Origin: Nitrosopumilus maritimus SCM1
GTDB taxonomy: Archaea > Thermoproteota > Nitrososphaeria > Nitrososphaerales > Nitrosopumilaceae
Direction of reading: 5' to 3'
Length of the DNA stretch: 32,000 bases
Assembly: GCF_000018465.1 (NCBI RefSeq)
Contig: NC_010085.1
Location: forward strand, 1,440,001 to 1,472,000
The position numbers and the translations under genes are program-made. Shown here in pieces: positions 18,608 to 27,442 of this stretch (the first letter of the stretch is position 1; each line of letters starts with the position of its first letter). The notes below the pieces were generated by a model. That model did not search any database. It saw only the letters and a program-made list of their open reading frames with translations, and was not told the origin of the DNA.

Positions 18608-19021
18608 TTATTTGGATTTTGGCCACATTGAGCCCCATGTTTCGGTGAATTTTTTCATCATTTCACCATATGCATTCATCTGTTCTAATCCAGATGAACT
18701 AAGACTCTTTTGCCAATTTTCAACAAATTGTTTGAAAGTAGACATGTTACTATCATTGAGAGCTTTTTGCCAGTTCTCACTAAATTCTTTAAAAGAATTC
18801 ATTCCAGCATCAGTCATTGCTTTTTGCCAGTTTTCTCCAAATAATTTCATGGTTTCATTACTTGATTCAATGCTTGCTTTTTCCCAAACCTCATTAAATC
18901 TAGATTGCATCTCAGTGCTAGCAGTTTGAATCTGCTCAAAGAGAGATTTCCAATTTTCAAGTGATTTGGTATATTCTTGCCACAATGAATCCCATTCATT
19001 ATTTTTTTCTTGGTCAGACAT
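18608..19021 (-). CDS. Phasin-like protein with 19-aa ENWQK repeats, 137 aa
   Basis: GENWQKAMTDAGMNSFKEF / SENWQKALNDSNMSTFKQF / VENWQKSLSSSGLEQMNAY internal repeats. The N-terminus resembles the 14474-14968 protein (W.EY..SL..WK). Confidence 0.65.
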   Translation of the reverse strand: MSDQEKNNEWDSLWQEYTKSLENWKSLFEQIQTASTEMQSRFNEVWEKASIESSNETMKLFGENWQKAMTDAGMNSFKEFSENWQKALNDSNMSTFKQFVENWQKSLSSSGLEQMNAYGEMMKKFTETWGSMWPKSK

Positions 19022-19072
19022 TAACTAAAGATAGAGTTCGTTGTTCTTAAATGGTTCTCTAAAAATCACAAA

Positions 19073-19558
19073 TTACTTTTGTCGATTTTGCAATCGCTTT
19101 TCCATTCGGATTTTGCCTTCTTCAAATTTGGCTCGGTCTTCATCTGTTTTTAAAGAGAGTTTTGGGACATGCAAAGGTTTGCCATTTTTATCTAATGCAA
19201 CAAATGTTACAAAAGCAGTTCCAGTAGTAGTTCTAATTCCCGTAACAATATCTTCAGCTTCTGCTTTAACTTCTATTTCCATAGAAGAATTGTGGACATA
19301 GTTTATGCGAGCATTTAATGAAAGTACATTTCCAACAAATACGGGTTTTAGAAAATTTACACTATCCATACATACAGTAACAGCATTTGATTGAGAATGT
19401 CTTTGGGCAACAATTCCTGCAACCATATCAATGTGTTTTAAAATTTCACCACCAAACACATTTCCAGCTGGATTTGCATCAGAGGGAAACATTCTGACAA
19501 TAACTTCAGCATGAGATTCAGCAGGACTCTTTTCTCGAATATTTGATTCAGATGACAT
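19073..19558 (-). CDS. Acyl-CoA thioesterase, hotdog fold (YciA/BACH-like)
   Basis: PSDANPAGNVFGGEILKHIDMVAGIVAQRHS…VTVCMDSVNFLKPVFVGNVLSL. Confidence 0.9.
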   Translation of the reverse strand: MSSESNIREKSPAESHAEVIVRMFPSDANPAGNVFGGEILKHIDMVAGIVAQRHSQSNAVTVCMDSVNFLKPVFVGNVLSLNARINYVHNSSMEIEVKAEAEDIVTGIRTTTGTAFVTFVALDKNGKPLHVPKLSLKTDEDRAKFEEGKIRMEKRLQNRQK

Positions 19559-19612
19559 TTTATCTAAAATGTTTCTAATTTATCCAAATTTAATTTAATC
19601 AGTTGATTTTGA

Positions 19613-20950
19613 TTATTTGAAATATTTTTCGAGTTTAATTTTATCGATTTTTGGGATTTTTGCCAATTCAAATCCTTCAGGACGTTTTGAAAGTGATCTA
19701 GTTGCATCAATACCCATTTTTGCAGTCTGTAACTTCTTTTGATTACTTGATGGATCAAGGCTAGAGCCACGCACGTTTTTTAGAATTATAAGATCTTTGT
19801 CTGCCTGGAATCTTGTGGCCATAGCATATTCTACTGCCTCAGCACTGTTAGGATCAATATCCTCATCAACTACTGTTACTTGTTTTAGCGAACGATGAGA
19901 TTCGAATGTTTTTTTGATAATTTTTTTTGCATCGGAATCGTGTTTCTTTTTTATTTGTACAACTGCATGTAGCCAATTACATCCACCATTTGTCATGGAT
20001 ACTTGTTGTGTTTGCTTGAATGCTTTTTTCAAATCACCATTTAATTTTGATTCAATTGGCATACCCATCAATAATCTATGTTCTGAATAACCAGACAAAA
20101 CATCATGAAATATTGGATTATTTCTAAAATACATATTTTCAAGTTCAAAAACTGGTTGAGATCTTTCATGGTCATATGTTTGAAGCATTTCGACCATCCA
20201 TTCAGGATGTGTTTTGTCCTGAAGAACTCTTCCTTCCATAACGATTTCTGAACCTGATGGAATATTTAGTCCAGTAAATGGGAGTTTTGTTAAAGTCAGT
20301 TTTCCACCCAACAGAGAATTTGCAATATCAATCTCGTCTTTTCCCCACTCTGCTTGATATGCTCCGGCAATAGAAATTGCAGGATGAACACCAACAGTTA
20401 TTGCAATCTTGAGATCCTCGCCATGTTCCTTAGCATCAATAAAACATCGATGTAAATGACGTCCTTCAACCATTCGTATTGAAAAATGAGTTTTATCAAT
20501 TGGCATCATTCGATGAAAAGATGAATTTTGTTTTCCAGTTTCAGGGTTTTTGGCATATGCAATTGATGAGGTGATAAATGGGCCAGATTCTTTTTCAAAA
20601 TGAGTAACAATAGGCATGGAAAGGAGGTTTTTTGAGCTATTTTCTTGAAATTTGCCAGAGGAGATAATTTTTGGGGCTTTTGCCTTTTTGATAGCAGAGA
20701 TGACTTTTTCATGTATATTATATTCAGTACCTCCAACAGCTAGAGCAAATCTTTTTCGAGTACCAACCAAATTTGCAACTAGATGAAAATCACTTTCCTT
20801 GATATTTTCAAATAGTACAGCATGTGAACCGTCAACTTTTGCAGTAATTCCTGCAATCTCATATTTTGTTGAAACTTTAGTTTTTACAGTTTTGAGTTCT
20901 TTGTTTTTCTTTATTTTTGAAATATAATTTCTTAAATCACTCATTCTCAA
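19613..20950 (-). CDS. UbiD family decarboxylase
   Basis: FHRMMPIDKTHFSIRMVEGRHLHRCF, VGVHPAISIAGAY, EIDIANSLLGGKLTLTK, and PEWMVEMLQTYDH. Confidence 0.88.
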   Translation of the reverse strand: MRMSDLRNYISKIKKNKELKTVKTKVSTKYEIAGITAKVDGSHAVLFENIKESDFHLVANLVGTRKRFALAVGGTEYNIHEKVISAIKKAKAPKIISSGKFQENSSKNLLSMPIVTHFEKESGPFITSSIAYAKNPETGKQNSSFHRMMPIDKTHFSIRMVEGRHLHRCFIDAKEHGEDLKIAITVGVHPAISIAGAYQAEWGKDEIDIANSLLGGKLTLTKLPFTGLNIPSGSEIVMEGRVLQDKTHPEWMVEMLQTYDHERSQPVFELENMYFRNNPIFHDVLSGYSEHRLLMGMPIESKLNGDLKKAFKQTQQVSMTNGGCNWLHAVVQIKKKHDSDAKKIIKKTFESHRSLKQVTVVDEDIDPNSAEAVEYAMATRFQADKDLIILKNVRGSSLDPSSNQKKLQTAKMGIDATRSLSKRPEGFELAKIPKIDKIKLEKYFK

Positions 20951-21278
20951 TCATCTCCATAATCTCAGACATTAAGTCTTTTGCAGTGTTAGGTTCTAAT
21001 TCTTTTTGAATAAATGCAGAAACTAATGCAATGCCTCTCATCCTAGTACTAATTCGTTCAGATACAAGTTTGAGAAAGAGAGATTCAGTTCTAGATGGAA
21101 TAATTGTGGTGGTGATCGGAGTAGGTCCAGTTGCTATTGAAGCCACCATGGAACCGATTTTGTTGGATCCTTCAGCTACAGAAATAAAATAACCATTATC
21201 AAATTTTTGAATAGATAAAGAAAAGTTACGGCCCTCCAAATTTACCAATTTTTGGAAAAATCCATTTGGAGAGTTCAA
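20937..21278 (-). CDS. Conserved hypothetical protein, 113 aa
   Basis: ORF overlaps the start of the UbiD-family gene by 14 bp, indicating operon packing. Confidence 0.65.
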   Translation of the reverse strand: MNSPNGFFQKLVNLEGRNFSLSIQKFDNGYFISVAEGSNKIGSMVASIATGPTPITTTIIPSRTESLFLKLVSERISTRMRGIALVSAFIQKELEPNTAKDLMSEIMEMIENE

Positions 21279-21295
21279 TAAGCTATGAACAAGTC

Positions 21296-21742
21296 TTATG
21301 CTTTTATTGCTATTGATTCACTTTCTTGGGAGGCATCAGCTATGTTGTTTGGATTTTTTTTGCAGTTCTTTTGATGTTTGTCTAGATAAACAAAAGATTT
21401 CTGACAATACTCACATAGTGTTTTTTCCTTTGTCTTTGTAGCTTTTGATTTTTTTGTTTTAGATTTTGTAGTTTTTGCTTTTACTGCAATCTCTTCGGTT
21501 TCTGGTTGAACTTCAACAGATTTTGCTTCAACAGCATCAGCCTCAACTCTTGCACGTAATTTGGCTTTGTATTTCAAATTACGTGGTTTAGTTCTTAATC
21601 TATAGCCACAACATGGACACCATAGTCCTTCCCATTTGATGAATATTTCACAAATTTGACATCGACGTTGTCCAGAAGCATATCTTCCGGTTCCAACAGG
21701 CTTTTGAGCCTTGTATCTTACACAAATTCCTTTACAAGTCAT
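21296..21742 (-). CDS. Zinc-ribbon protein with a second C-terminal C2HC-type finger
   Basis: CKGICVRYKAQKPVGTGRYASGQRRCQICEIFIKWEGLWCPCCGYRLR, a Lys-rich linker, then CEYCQKSFVYLDKHQKNC. Confidence 0.75.
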   Translation of the reverse strand: MTCKGICVRYKAQKPVGTGRYASGQRRCQICEIFIKWEGLWCPCCGYRLRTKPRNLKYKAKLRARVEADAVEAKSVEVQPETEEIAVKAKTTKSKTKKSKATKTKEKTLCEYCQKSFVYLDKHQKNCKKNPNNIADASQESESIAIKA

Positions 21743-22052
21743 CTTGGTAGTATTTTATAGAATTCATAAGTATATAAGGATGGATCGATGAAAAATTGAT
21801 AAAACTTCATAAAAAGTTGTAAAAATTTTAAATAATTTTACGATCACAATAATTTGTTTCAACGAAAAACAAGAAATCTTCAATAAATATGTATAGCTTG
21901 TTTGAAATTCGTTTTTTTTGAAAAAATGATACGTGTCAATATAGTTGTTTGACAAAAAATTTCAGTTTTTTCTAAAAAAAATATAGAAAATAGAAGAAAA
22001 TCATACAGTATGATCTGAATAAATAGAAAGTTTGTTCTCAAAATATGAAAAA
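21743..22052. other. Longest apparently non-coding AT-rich gap in the window (about 310 bp)
   Basis: No convincing ORF. It contains the inverted repeat TGTCAA-N9-TTGACA at 21934-21954. Confidence 0.4.
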
Positions 22053-22715
22053 TTAACCGGTTATAGAGAGAGGCAATATAGAATGTCTATATCCGTCTCT
22101 TTGAGATATGTATTTTGCAGACAACATATCTCGTTTTCCTCTCTGATTGAAATTCTTGATTTTCATACTGGTCTTTCTTTCATCAACAAATTCCAATTCA
22201 AAAGATGAACAAAATTTGAGATTTAACATAGTTACAATTTGTTTTGCAATTCCCATATTGCCATTTCCAATTTTTACAATCTTTCTTTTTGCTCTAAGAC
22301 CTCCAAGAACTCTAATGATATGAGCAACTAATTCTTCAACAGAGGAATGAAATGAGCTCTCAATTTCTTTTCCATAGTAAAATACAGACAAGCCAGTTCT
22401 CTCCCCAGGATCAATTCCTAAAATCAGATCATTTTCTTCAAAATCAAGATTAAGTTTTTGCATCATTATTCCTCGGAGTACAGTTGGAGGATGTTCAAAG
22501 ATATCCTCATGAAGTATTGGGGTTTCACAGATTTTTGGAGATTCTTTGCGAGTGGTAAGAATAAGATGACCAGAATAATTTTGGATGTCTTCAGGCAAAA
22601 TAGAATCAAATGATAATTTGAGAGCTTTTAGATATGTCGAGAATCTATAGTATGGTTTACCATAGGAAGTAGCAACTCCAATACGAGAATTAAGTAAGGG
22701 ATCGATATTTGACAA
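22053..22715 (-). CDS. Hypothetical protein with RuvC/YqgF-like RNase H-fold signatures, 220 aa
   Basis: LILGIDPGERTGLSVFYYG (motif I-like), ELEFVDERKTS (YqgF DER-like), KRDMLSAKYI (C-terminal acidic helix). Confidence 0.7.
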   Translation of the reverse strand: MSNIDPLLNSRIGVATSYGKPYYRFSTYLKALKLSFDSILPEDIQNYSGHLILTTRKESPKICETPILHEDIFEHPPTVLRGIMMQKLNLDFEENDLILGIDPGERTGLSVFYYGKEIESSFHSSVEELVAHIIRVLGGLRAKRKIVKIGNGNMGIAKQIVTMLNLKFCSSFELEFVDERKTSMKIKNFNQRGKRDMLSAKYISQRDGYRHSILPLSITG

Positions 22716-22736
22716 AACGAAATATAGGATTTAGGG

Positions 22737-23069
22737 TTATGCCTTCAAAACAGTTGACACGACATGCGTTACTGCTTCATCAAAATTGGCATCAATTTTT
22801 GCTTGAATTTCAGATAATTTAGCCTCGCCTTCTTGGGCAATTTTTGCAGATTCAGCAGTTGCCTTTTCTTTAGAAGCATTGATCATAACTTCGGCTTCTT
22901 TTGTGGCCATTTCTCTGGTTTTTTCCATAAGGGCATCTATCTCATTTTGGGCCTTTACTGAGAGTTGTTTTTTCATGTCGCCAACTTTGCTGTTTAAGGA
23001 ATCAATATCGTCTTCTAAGACATTTAGAGATTTGATGATTCCAGTGACTTTAGATTCAGCCATACTCAT
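22737..23069 (-). CDS. Probable A-type ATP synthase subunit H (coiled-coil peripheral stalk)
   Basis: Long Ala/Glu/Lys-rich helix (EIDALMEKTREMATKEAEVMINASKEKATAESAKIAQEGEAKLSEIQAKI) followed by a short FDEAVTHVVSTVLK tail. Confidence 0.55.
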   Translation of the reverse strand: MSMAESKVTGIIKSLNVLEDDIDSLNSKVGDMKKQLSVKAQNEIDALMEKTREMATKEAEVMINASKEKATAESAKIAQEGEAKLSEIQAKIDANFDEAVTHVVSTVLKA

Positions 23070-23131
23070 TACATTCGGATTTCAATGATTCCATTACTTA
23101 AATCATTCATTTTTAGGCATAAAATGTGGGA

Positions 23132-23473
23132 TTATCCAGTAGTTAACAGTAGAATGGCTCTGGCAAGATCGCCTTTTGCTTCCTCTAATGCGGCTTTGGC
23201 CTTTTCTTCATCAACACCTGCTTGTTGGCTAACAAGTTGAATATCCTCTTCGGAGAAAATAGGAACTTCCAATTCCCTTTCCTCATAACTATCTGCAGTA
23301 ACAGTGAAAATGGAATTATCTTTGGCTTTCATTTCTGTAACAGAGGGTTTTGAAATAATGATCTCTTTCTTGTCGGTCTTGATCGTGACTTCTTGAACGT
23401 TTGGCAGTTCATTCATGTCCAAGCCCATCTTGTCCATCATTCTTCGCATTTCGCGATTTCCTCCGCGCATCAT
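23132..23473 (-). CDS. nac: Nascent polypeptide-associated complex protein (archaeal aNAC)
   Basis: MMRGGNREMRRMMDKMGLDMNELPNVQEVTIKTDKKEI and C-terminal UBA-like EEDIQLVSQQAGVDEEKAKAALEEAKGDLARAILLLT. Confidence 0.95.
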   Translation of the reverse strand: MMRGGNREMRRMMDKMGLDMNELPNVQEVTIKTDKKEIIISKPSVTEMKAKDNSIFTVTADSYEERELEVPIFSEEDIQLVSQQAGVDEEKAKAALEEAKGDLARAILLLTTG

Positions 23474-23943
23474 GGTTCTTTTTCCTCTTTACGACTTTTT
23501 AAACTATCTCTAACCTTAATGGCTACACCTCTATCAAAATCAGAAATCATCTCATATGACAAAACAGCCCTACCTACTGCAATCACTTTGTTTTTGAACA
23601 GAACTGGAGTGTCAGATGCAATTCTAACATTTTTTCCGCATTTTACAACATGTTTACAAAATACTGATCTGCCTTCTTGAACAAATGGTGCGGCATCTTT
23701 GTTTATCTCAACACAATTTTCTTTGAAGGTTTTACTCTTCAAGAGCATTTGAGCAAAGTATGGACTAATTGCCAAACCTCCATCAATTCTTAATGTGCAC
23801 AATAGTTTTCCTTTATGAATAACAGTTCGAATTCTACCGGTTTTTCTAGAGAATGTCATTTCGATGTCTTTTGGAAGATGTTTAGAAACACCATTTCCAA
23901 ATAGGGAGTCAATGGAAGCTTGTAATTTCAGGACATGGTCCAT
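23470..23943 (-). CDS. PUA-domain RNA-binding protein (MCT-1/DUF1947-like)
   Basis: Domain FVQEGRSVFCKHVVKCGKNVRIASDTPVLFKNKVIAVGRAVLS. Overlaps the start of nac by 4 bp. Confidence 0.85.
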   Translation of the reverse strand: MDHVLKLQASIDSLFGNGVSKHLPKDIEMTFSRKTGRIRTVIHKGKLLCTLRIDGGLAISPYFAQMLLKSKTFKENCVEINKDAAPFVQEGRSVFCKHVVKCGKNVRIASDTPVLFKNKVIAVGRAVLSYEMISDFDRGVAIKVRDSLKSRKEEKEP

Positions 23944-24033
23944 ATTCTGACCTCACATCTTCTAAATATTAGTTCAGTGATGATATAGGAAAAGAGCATA
24001 AAACTATATAGACCCAATTTTTTTATGTAGTTC

Positions 24034-25080
24034 ATGGAAGAAAGAGAAGAAACAAGAAAAATACAGTTTACAGGTAAATCATCGTATATAGTTTCACTAC
24101 CAAAACAGTGGATCATGGATTTGGGATTAAAACAAGGTGATCAGATTAGAATGGTAAGAAAAGGCTCATCAACCTTAGAGCTTTATCCTCCAAAATTTGA
24201 ATCACGTAGTCAGAAAAAAGAAGAGGCAATAATTGAAATCAATTCTGAAGAAAAAGCATCATCAATTGTTAGAAAATTAATTTCACTTTATTTTCTGGGA
24301 TTTAAGACAATTAATGTAAAGCCGAAAGATGGGAGATTAAGCCCCATTCAAAGAAACACGGTAAAAGAAGCAGTAAAGCGAATGTTGATGGGTTCTGAAA
24401 TAATTTCAGACTCCACTAGTGGAATTACAGTACAAGTTCTAGTAAATTTGCTAGAATTATCAGTTGATGGAGCATTCAAGAGGATGATTCACTTGGCAAA
24501 ATCAATGTCAAGTGATGCATTACTGGCAGTGAAAGAAAACAATGAGGATTTAGCTCAAGAGGTAATCAACACAGATGACGAAGTAGATAGATTTGGATTC
24601 TACATCATTCGTCAGTTAAAGATAGCAATCCAAAACGAACACATGCTAAAAGAGATGGGCTTTAGAAATCCTAGAAATTGTCTGGGATACAGACTAGTTG
24701 TAAAAAATATAGAGAGAACAGGAGATCACGCGGCATTTATTGCAAAAGATCTCTTGGAATTCAAAAAACCAGTGAAAAAGGAGATTTTGCAGAAATTACA
24801 AGACATGAATGAGTTCTGCTTAGCATCACTGGATGAAGCATGTCTGGCTCTGTTCAAGGAAGACTATGCACAGGCTGAAAGGACCATTGAGAAAACCAAT
24901 GATATTGCAAAATTTGAGAAAAAGGTTAGAGAGGCTTCAAAATCGCTGAAAGATGATGAGGAGATTTACAGGGTCAGAAGAATGACAGAGAATATCAGAA
25001 GGATTTCTGAATATGCCAGCGATATTGCAGAAATTGTCCTCAATATGAACATAGAAAAGGCAATAAAAAAAACGGCATAG
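24034..25080 (+). CDS. Phosphate uptake regulator: AbrB/SpoVT-like N-terminus with PhoU domains
   Basis: KIQFTGKSSYIVSLPKQWIMDLGLKQGDQIRMVRKGSSTLELYP, then PhoU repeats (ADEVDRFGFYIIRQ…VVKNIERTGDHA, RRISEYASDIAEIVLN). Confidence 0.9.
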   Translation: MEEREETRKIQFTGKSSYIVSLPKQWIMDLGLKQGDQIRMVRKGSSTLELYPPKFESRSQKKEEAIIEINSEEKASSIVRKLISLYFLGFKTINVKPKDGRLSPIQRNTVKEAVKRMLMGSEIISDSTSGITVQVLVNLLELSVDGAFKRMIHLAKSMSSDALLAVKENNEDLAQEVINTDDEVDRFGFYIIRQLKIAIQNEHMLKEMGFRNPRNCLGYRLVVKNIERTGDHAAFIAKDLLEFKKPVKKEILQKLQDMNEFCLASLDEACLALFKEDYAQAERTIEKTNDIAKFEKKVREASKSLKDDEEIYRVRRMTENIRRISEYASDIAEIVLNMNIEKAIKKTA

Positions 25081-25135
25081 ATTATTGAACAGTTAGAATC
25101 TTTAACTCGAATTATAGTAAAAACATGGAATCAAG

Positions 25136-26251
25136 ATGAAATCAGCAATTCTAATCACATACGATAAGGAAGATGTGATTAATGAGGCAAAAGGGCTTTG
25201 TGATGCAGCAGGATTTCAAGTAGTCCATACAATCAAACAGAAATTTTTGAAGAGACCAAAATACGGCATCAGTGGCGGAATTTTAGAAAGACTAGAAGAG
25301 ATTTCAGAAAAAATTAGGCCAGACGTCATAGTATTTGATGAGGTTCTAAAACCAAGTCAGAACTACAACTTAGCAGCAGCGTTGCATAGAGAAATTTTAG
25401 ATAGAGAAGCATTGATTCTTGAGATTTTTGAAAGTAGAGCATCAAGTGCAGAATCAAAGTTACAAGTAAAGTTAGCTCAGCTAAGATATGAAATGGCCAG
25501 AGCAAAAGAAAAAGTTCGACTTTCAAGTATGGGTGAGCAACCAGGATTCATGGGAATAGGAAAATTCGAAGTTGATGTTTACTATAATGATATCAAACAC
25601 AGGATGAATACTGTTAGATCAAAATTAGAAAAAGCTGGAAAACAAAGAGAATTGCACAGACAGGGAAGAAAAAGAATGGGATTCAAAACAATCTCACTTG
25701 CAGGATACACCTCAGCAGGAAAGACTACCTTGTTTAACATGATGACAGGCGAGACAAGAGACCAGAGTAGTGAGTTGTTTACAACACTTTCAACTACTAC
25801 ACGCAGAGTTTCAATTAATCAGGAGCCATTTTTGATATCAGATACTGTAGGTTTTATCAGTAAATTACCAGCATACATGATTGATGCATTCAAATCAACT
25901 CTAGAAGAACTGGGTCACACAGACATCATTATTGTGGTAATTGACATTGGTGATTCAATATTTGAGTTAAAAAAGAAATTTTCAAGTTGCATGAGAACAC
26001 TAAGTGAATTAGGAGTTGAGAAAGACAGAATGGTATATGCTCTAAACAAATCAGATTTGTTAGAGCATAGTGAAATTGAAGAAAAAATTGAGACACTAAA
26101 TCTAGTAGACAATAAAAAATGGATTCCAGTTTCTGCTAAAACTGGAAAAAATGTAAAACAACTCAAAGAATTGATTGGAGATATTTTGGAGAGTCATAAT
26201 TCTCACAAATTTGGAAAAAAGATAGGAGTTGAAGAGACATTTGGTAATTGA
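25136..26251 (+). CDS. hflX: GTPase HflX
   Basis: Conserved pre-G region [18 protein letters not shown]…GIGKFEVD, G1 [13 protein letters not shown]3 [11 protein letters not shown]4 NKSD. Confidence 0.94.
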
Positions 26252-26774
26252 AGTAGTACGAATTGGGCAGAGATTAGTAAGAGATGATAGAGTTACAACT
26301 CACGTAGCATTAGTTTCAAGAGCATTTGGTGCAGAAAGAATTTTCATGACAGAAATCAATCCAGAAATCAAAGACACGTTAGGAAAAATTAATGATACAT
26401 GGGGAGGCAATTTTGAAATTGAATTCATTGACAGTTGGAAACCAATTGTCAAAAAGAAAAAAGAAGAAGGTTTCAAAATAGTCCACCTTTCAATGTATGG
26501 TGAAAAAATTAATGATGCTCAAGAAGAAATTAGAAAAGAAGAAAATTTGTTAATAGTTGTAGGTGCTGAAAAAGTGCCTAGAGAAATTTACGAGTTGGCC
26601 GATTTCAATGTGGGAGTAGGTAGCCAGCCACATTCAGAGATAAGTGCTCTTGCCATTCTTTTAGATCGTATTCAAGGAGGGCAACAATTTGAGAAAGAAT
26701 TTCCAAATGCAAAACGGAAGATCATACCCACAAAAACAGGCAAAAATGTACAGGTAAAAGAAACAAGGGATTAA
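26241..26774 (+). CDS. trm56: tRNA (cytidine(56)-2'-O)-methyltransferase
   Basis: [77 protein letters not shown] start at 26241 or 26229. Confidence 0.9.
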
Positions 26775-26800
26775 TAATAGAAAATCAGGAGAAATTAGAG

Positions 26801-27316
26801 TTGGTAGACAAGTACGAAGATCCTTTTGTTAGAATTGCTTCAATGATTGGAGGAGATGAATATCTCAAAGTAGCTCGTTCATTGCTAAAAGCAGAAGATG
26901 CAACTGATGAAGAGATTGCCAGTTCTACAGGACTTAGAATCAATATGGTAAGAAAAGTTCTCTATGATCTTTTTGGAAAATCACTAATCACAGGTATTAG
27001 AGTAAAAGACGAAAGAAAAGGCTGGTTTGTCTATAGATGGAGAACTAGAAGAGAGGAAGTCGAACACTTTATTGAAAATCAAAAAAAGAAAATCGAGGAG
27101 AGATTACAGCAAAGACTAGATTATGAGAATGCATCTGATTTTTACCACTGCGGAAATGAGGATTGTCCAAGAGTAACGTTTGAGGATGCTCTTGAGGGAA
27201 TGTTCAAGTGTCCTTCATGCGGAAATGTCCTTAATCTAAAAAAGAACGACAAATCAAAGAAAGCATATCAAAAGAAGATTGATGAAATCAAAAAAGATAT
27301 GCAACAAGTGTTCTAA
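26801..27316 (+). CDS. tfe: Transcription factor E (TFE)
   Basis: Winged-helix DEEIASSTGLRINMVRKVLYDLFGKSL, then zinc ribbon YHCGNEDCPRVTFEDALEGMFKCPSCG. Confidence 0.94.
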   Translation: MVDKYEDPFVRIASMIGGDEYLKVARSLLKAEDATDEEIASSTGLRINMVRKVLYDLFGKSLITGIRVKDERKGWFVYRWRTRREEVEHFIENQKKKIEERLQQRLDYENASDFYHCGNEDCPRVTFEDALEGMFKCPSCGNVLNLKKNDKSKKAYQKKIDEIKKDMQQVF

Positions 27317-27442
27317 TTAAATTAGTAATAGTACTGAATTTGAGGTTACTAGAATAAATAAGAGGAATAATTCTGACAGATCCTGAGTCAAATTACTACA
27401 GTAAACCCTGCAACAGGTGAAGATATCACCACATTTTCAGCA

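Noticed and set aside
18588-18929. 113-aa plus-strand ORF with repeated FCQFS motifs
   Set aside because: The repeats are the antisense reading of the ENWQK repeats in the minus-strand gene.
21764-21955. 63-aa minus-strand ORF (YHFFKKNEFQTSYTYLLKISCF…)
   Set aside because: Low-complexity AT-driven composition in the non-coding gap, with no motif or operon context.
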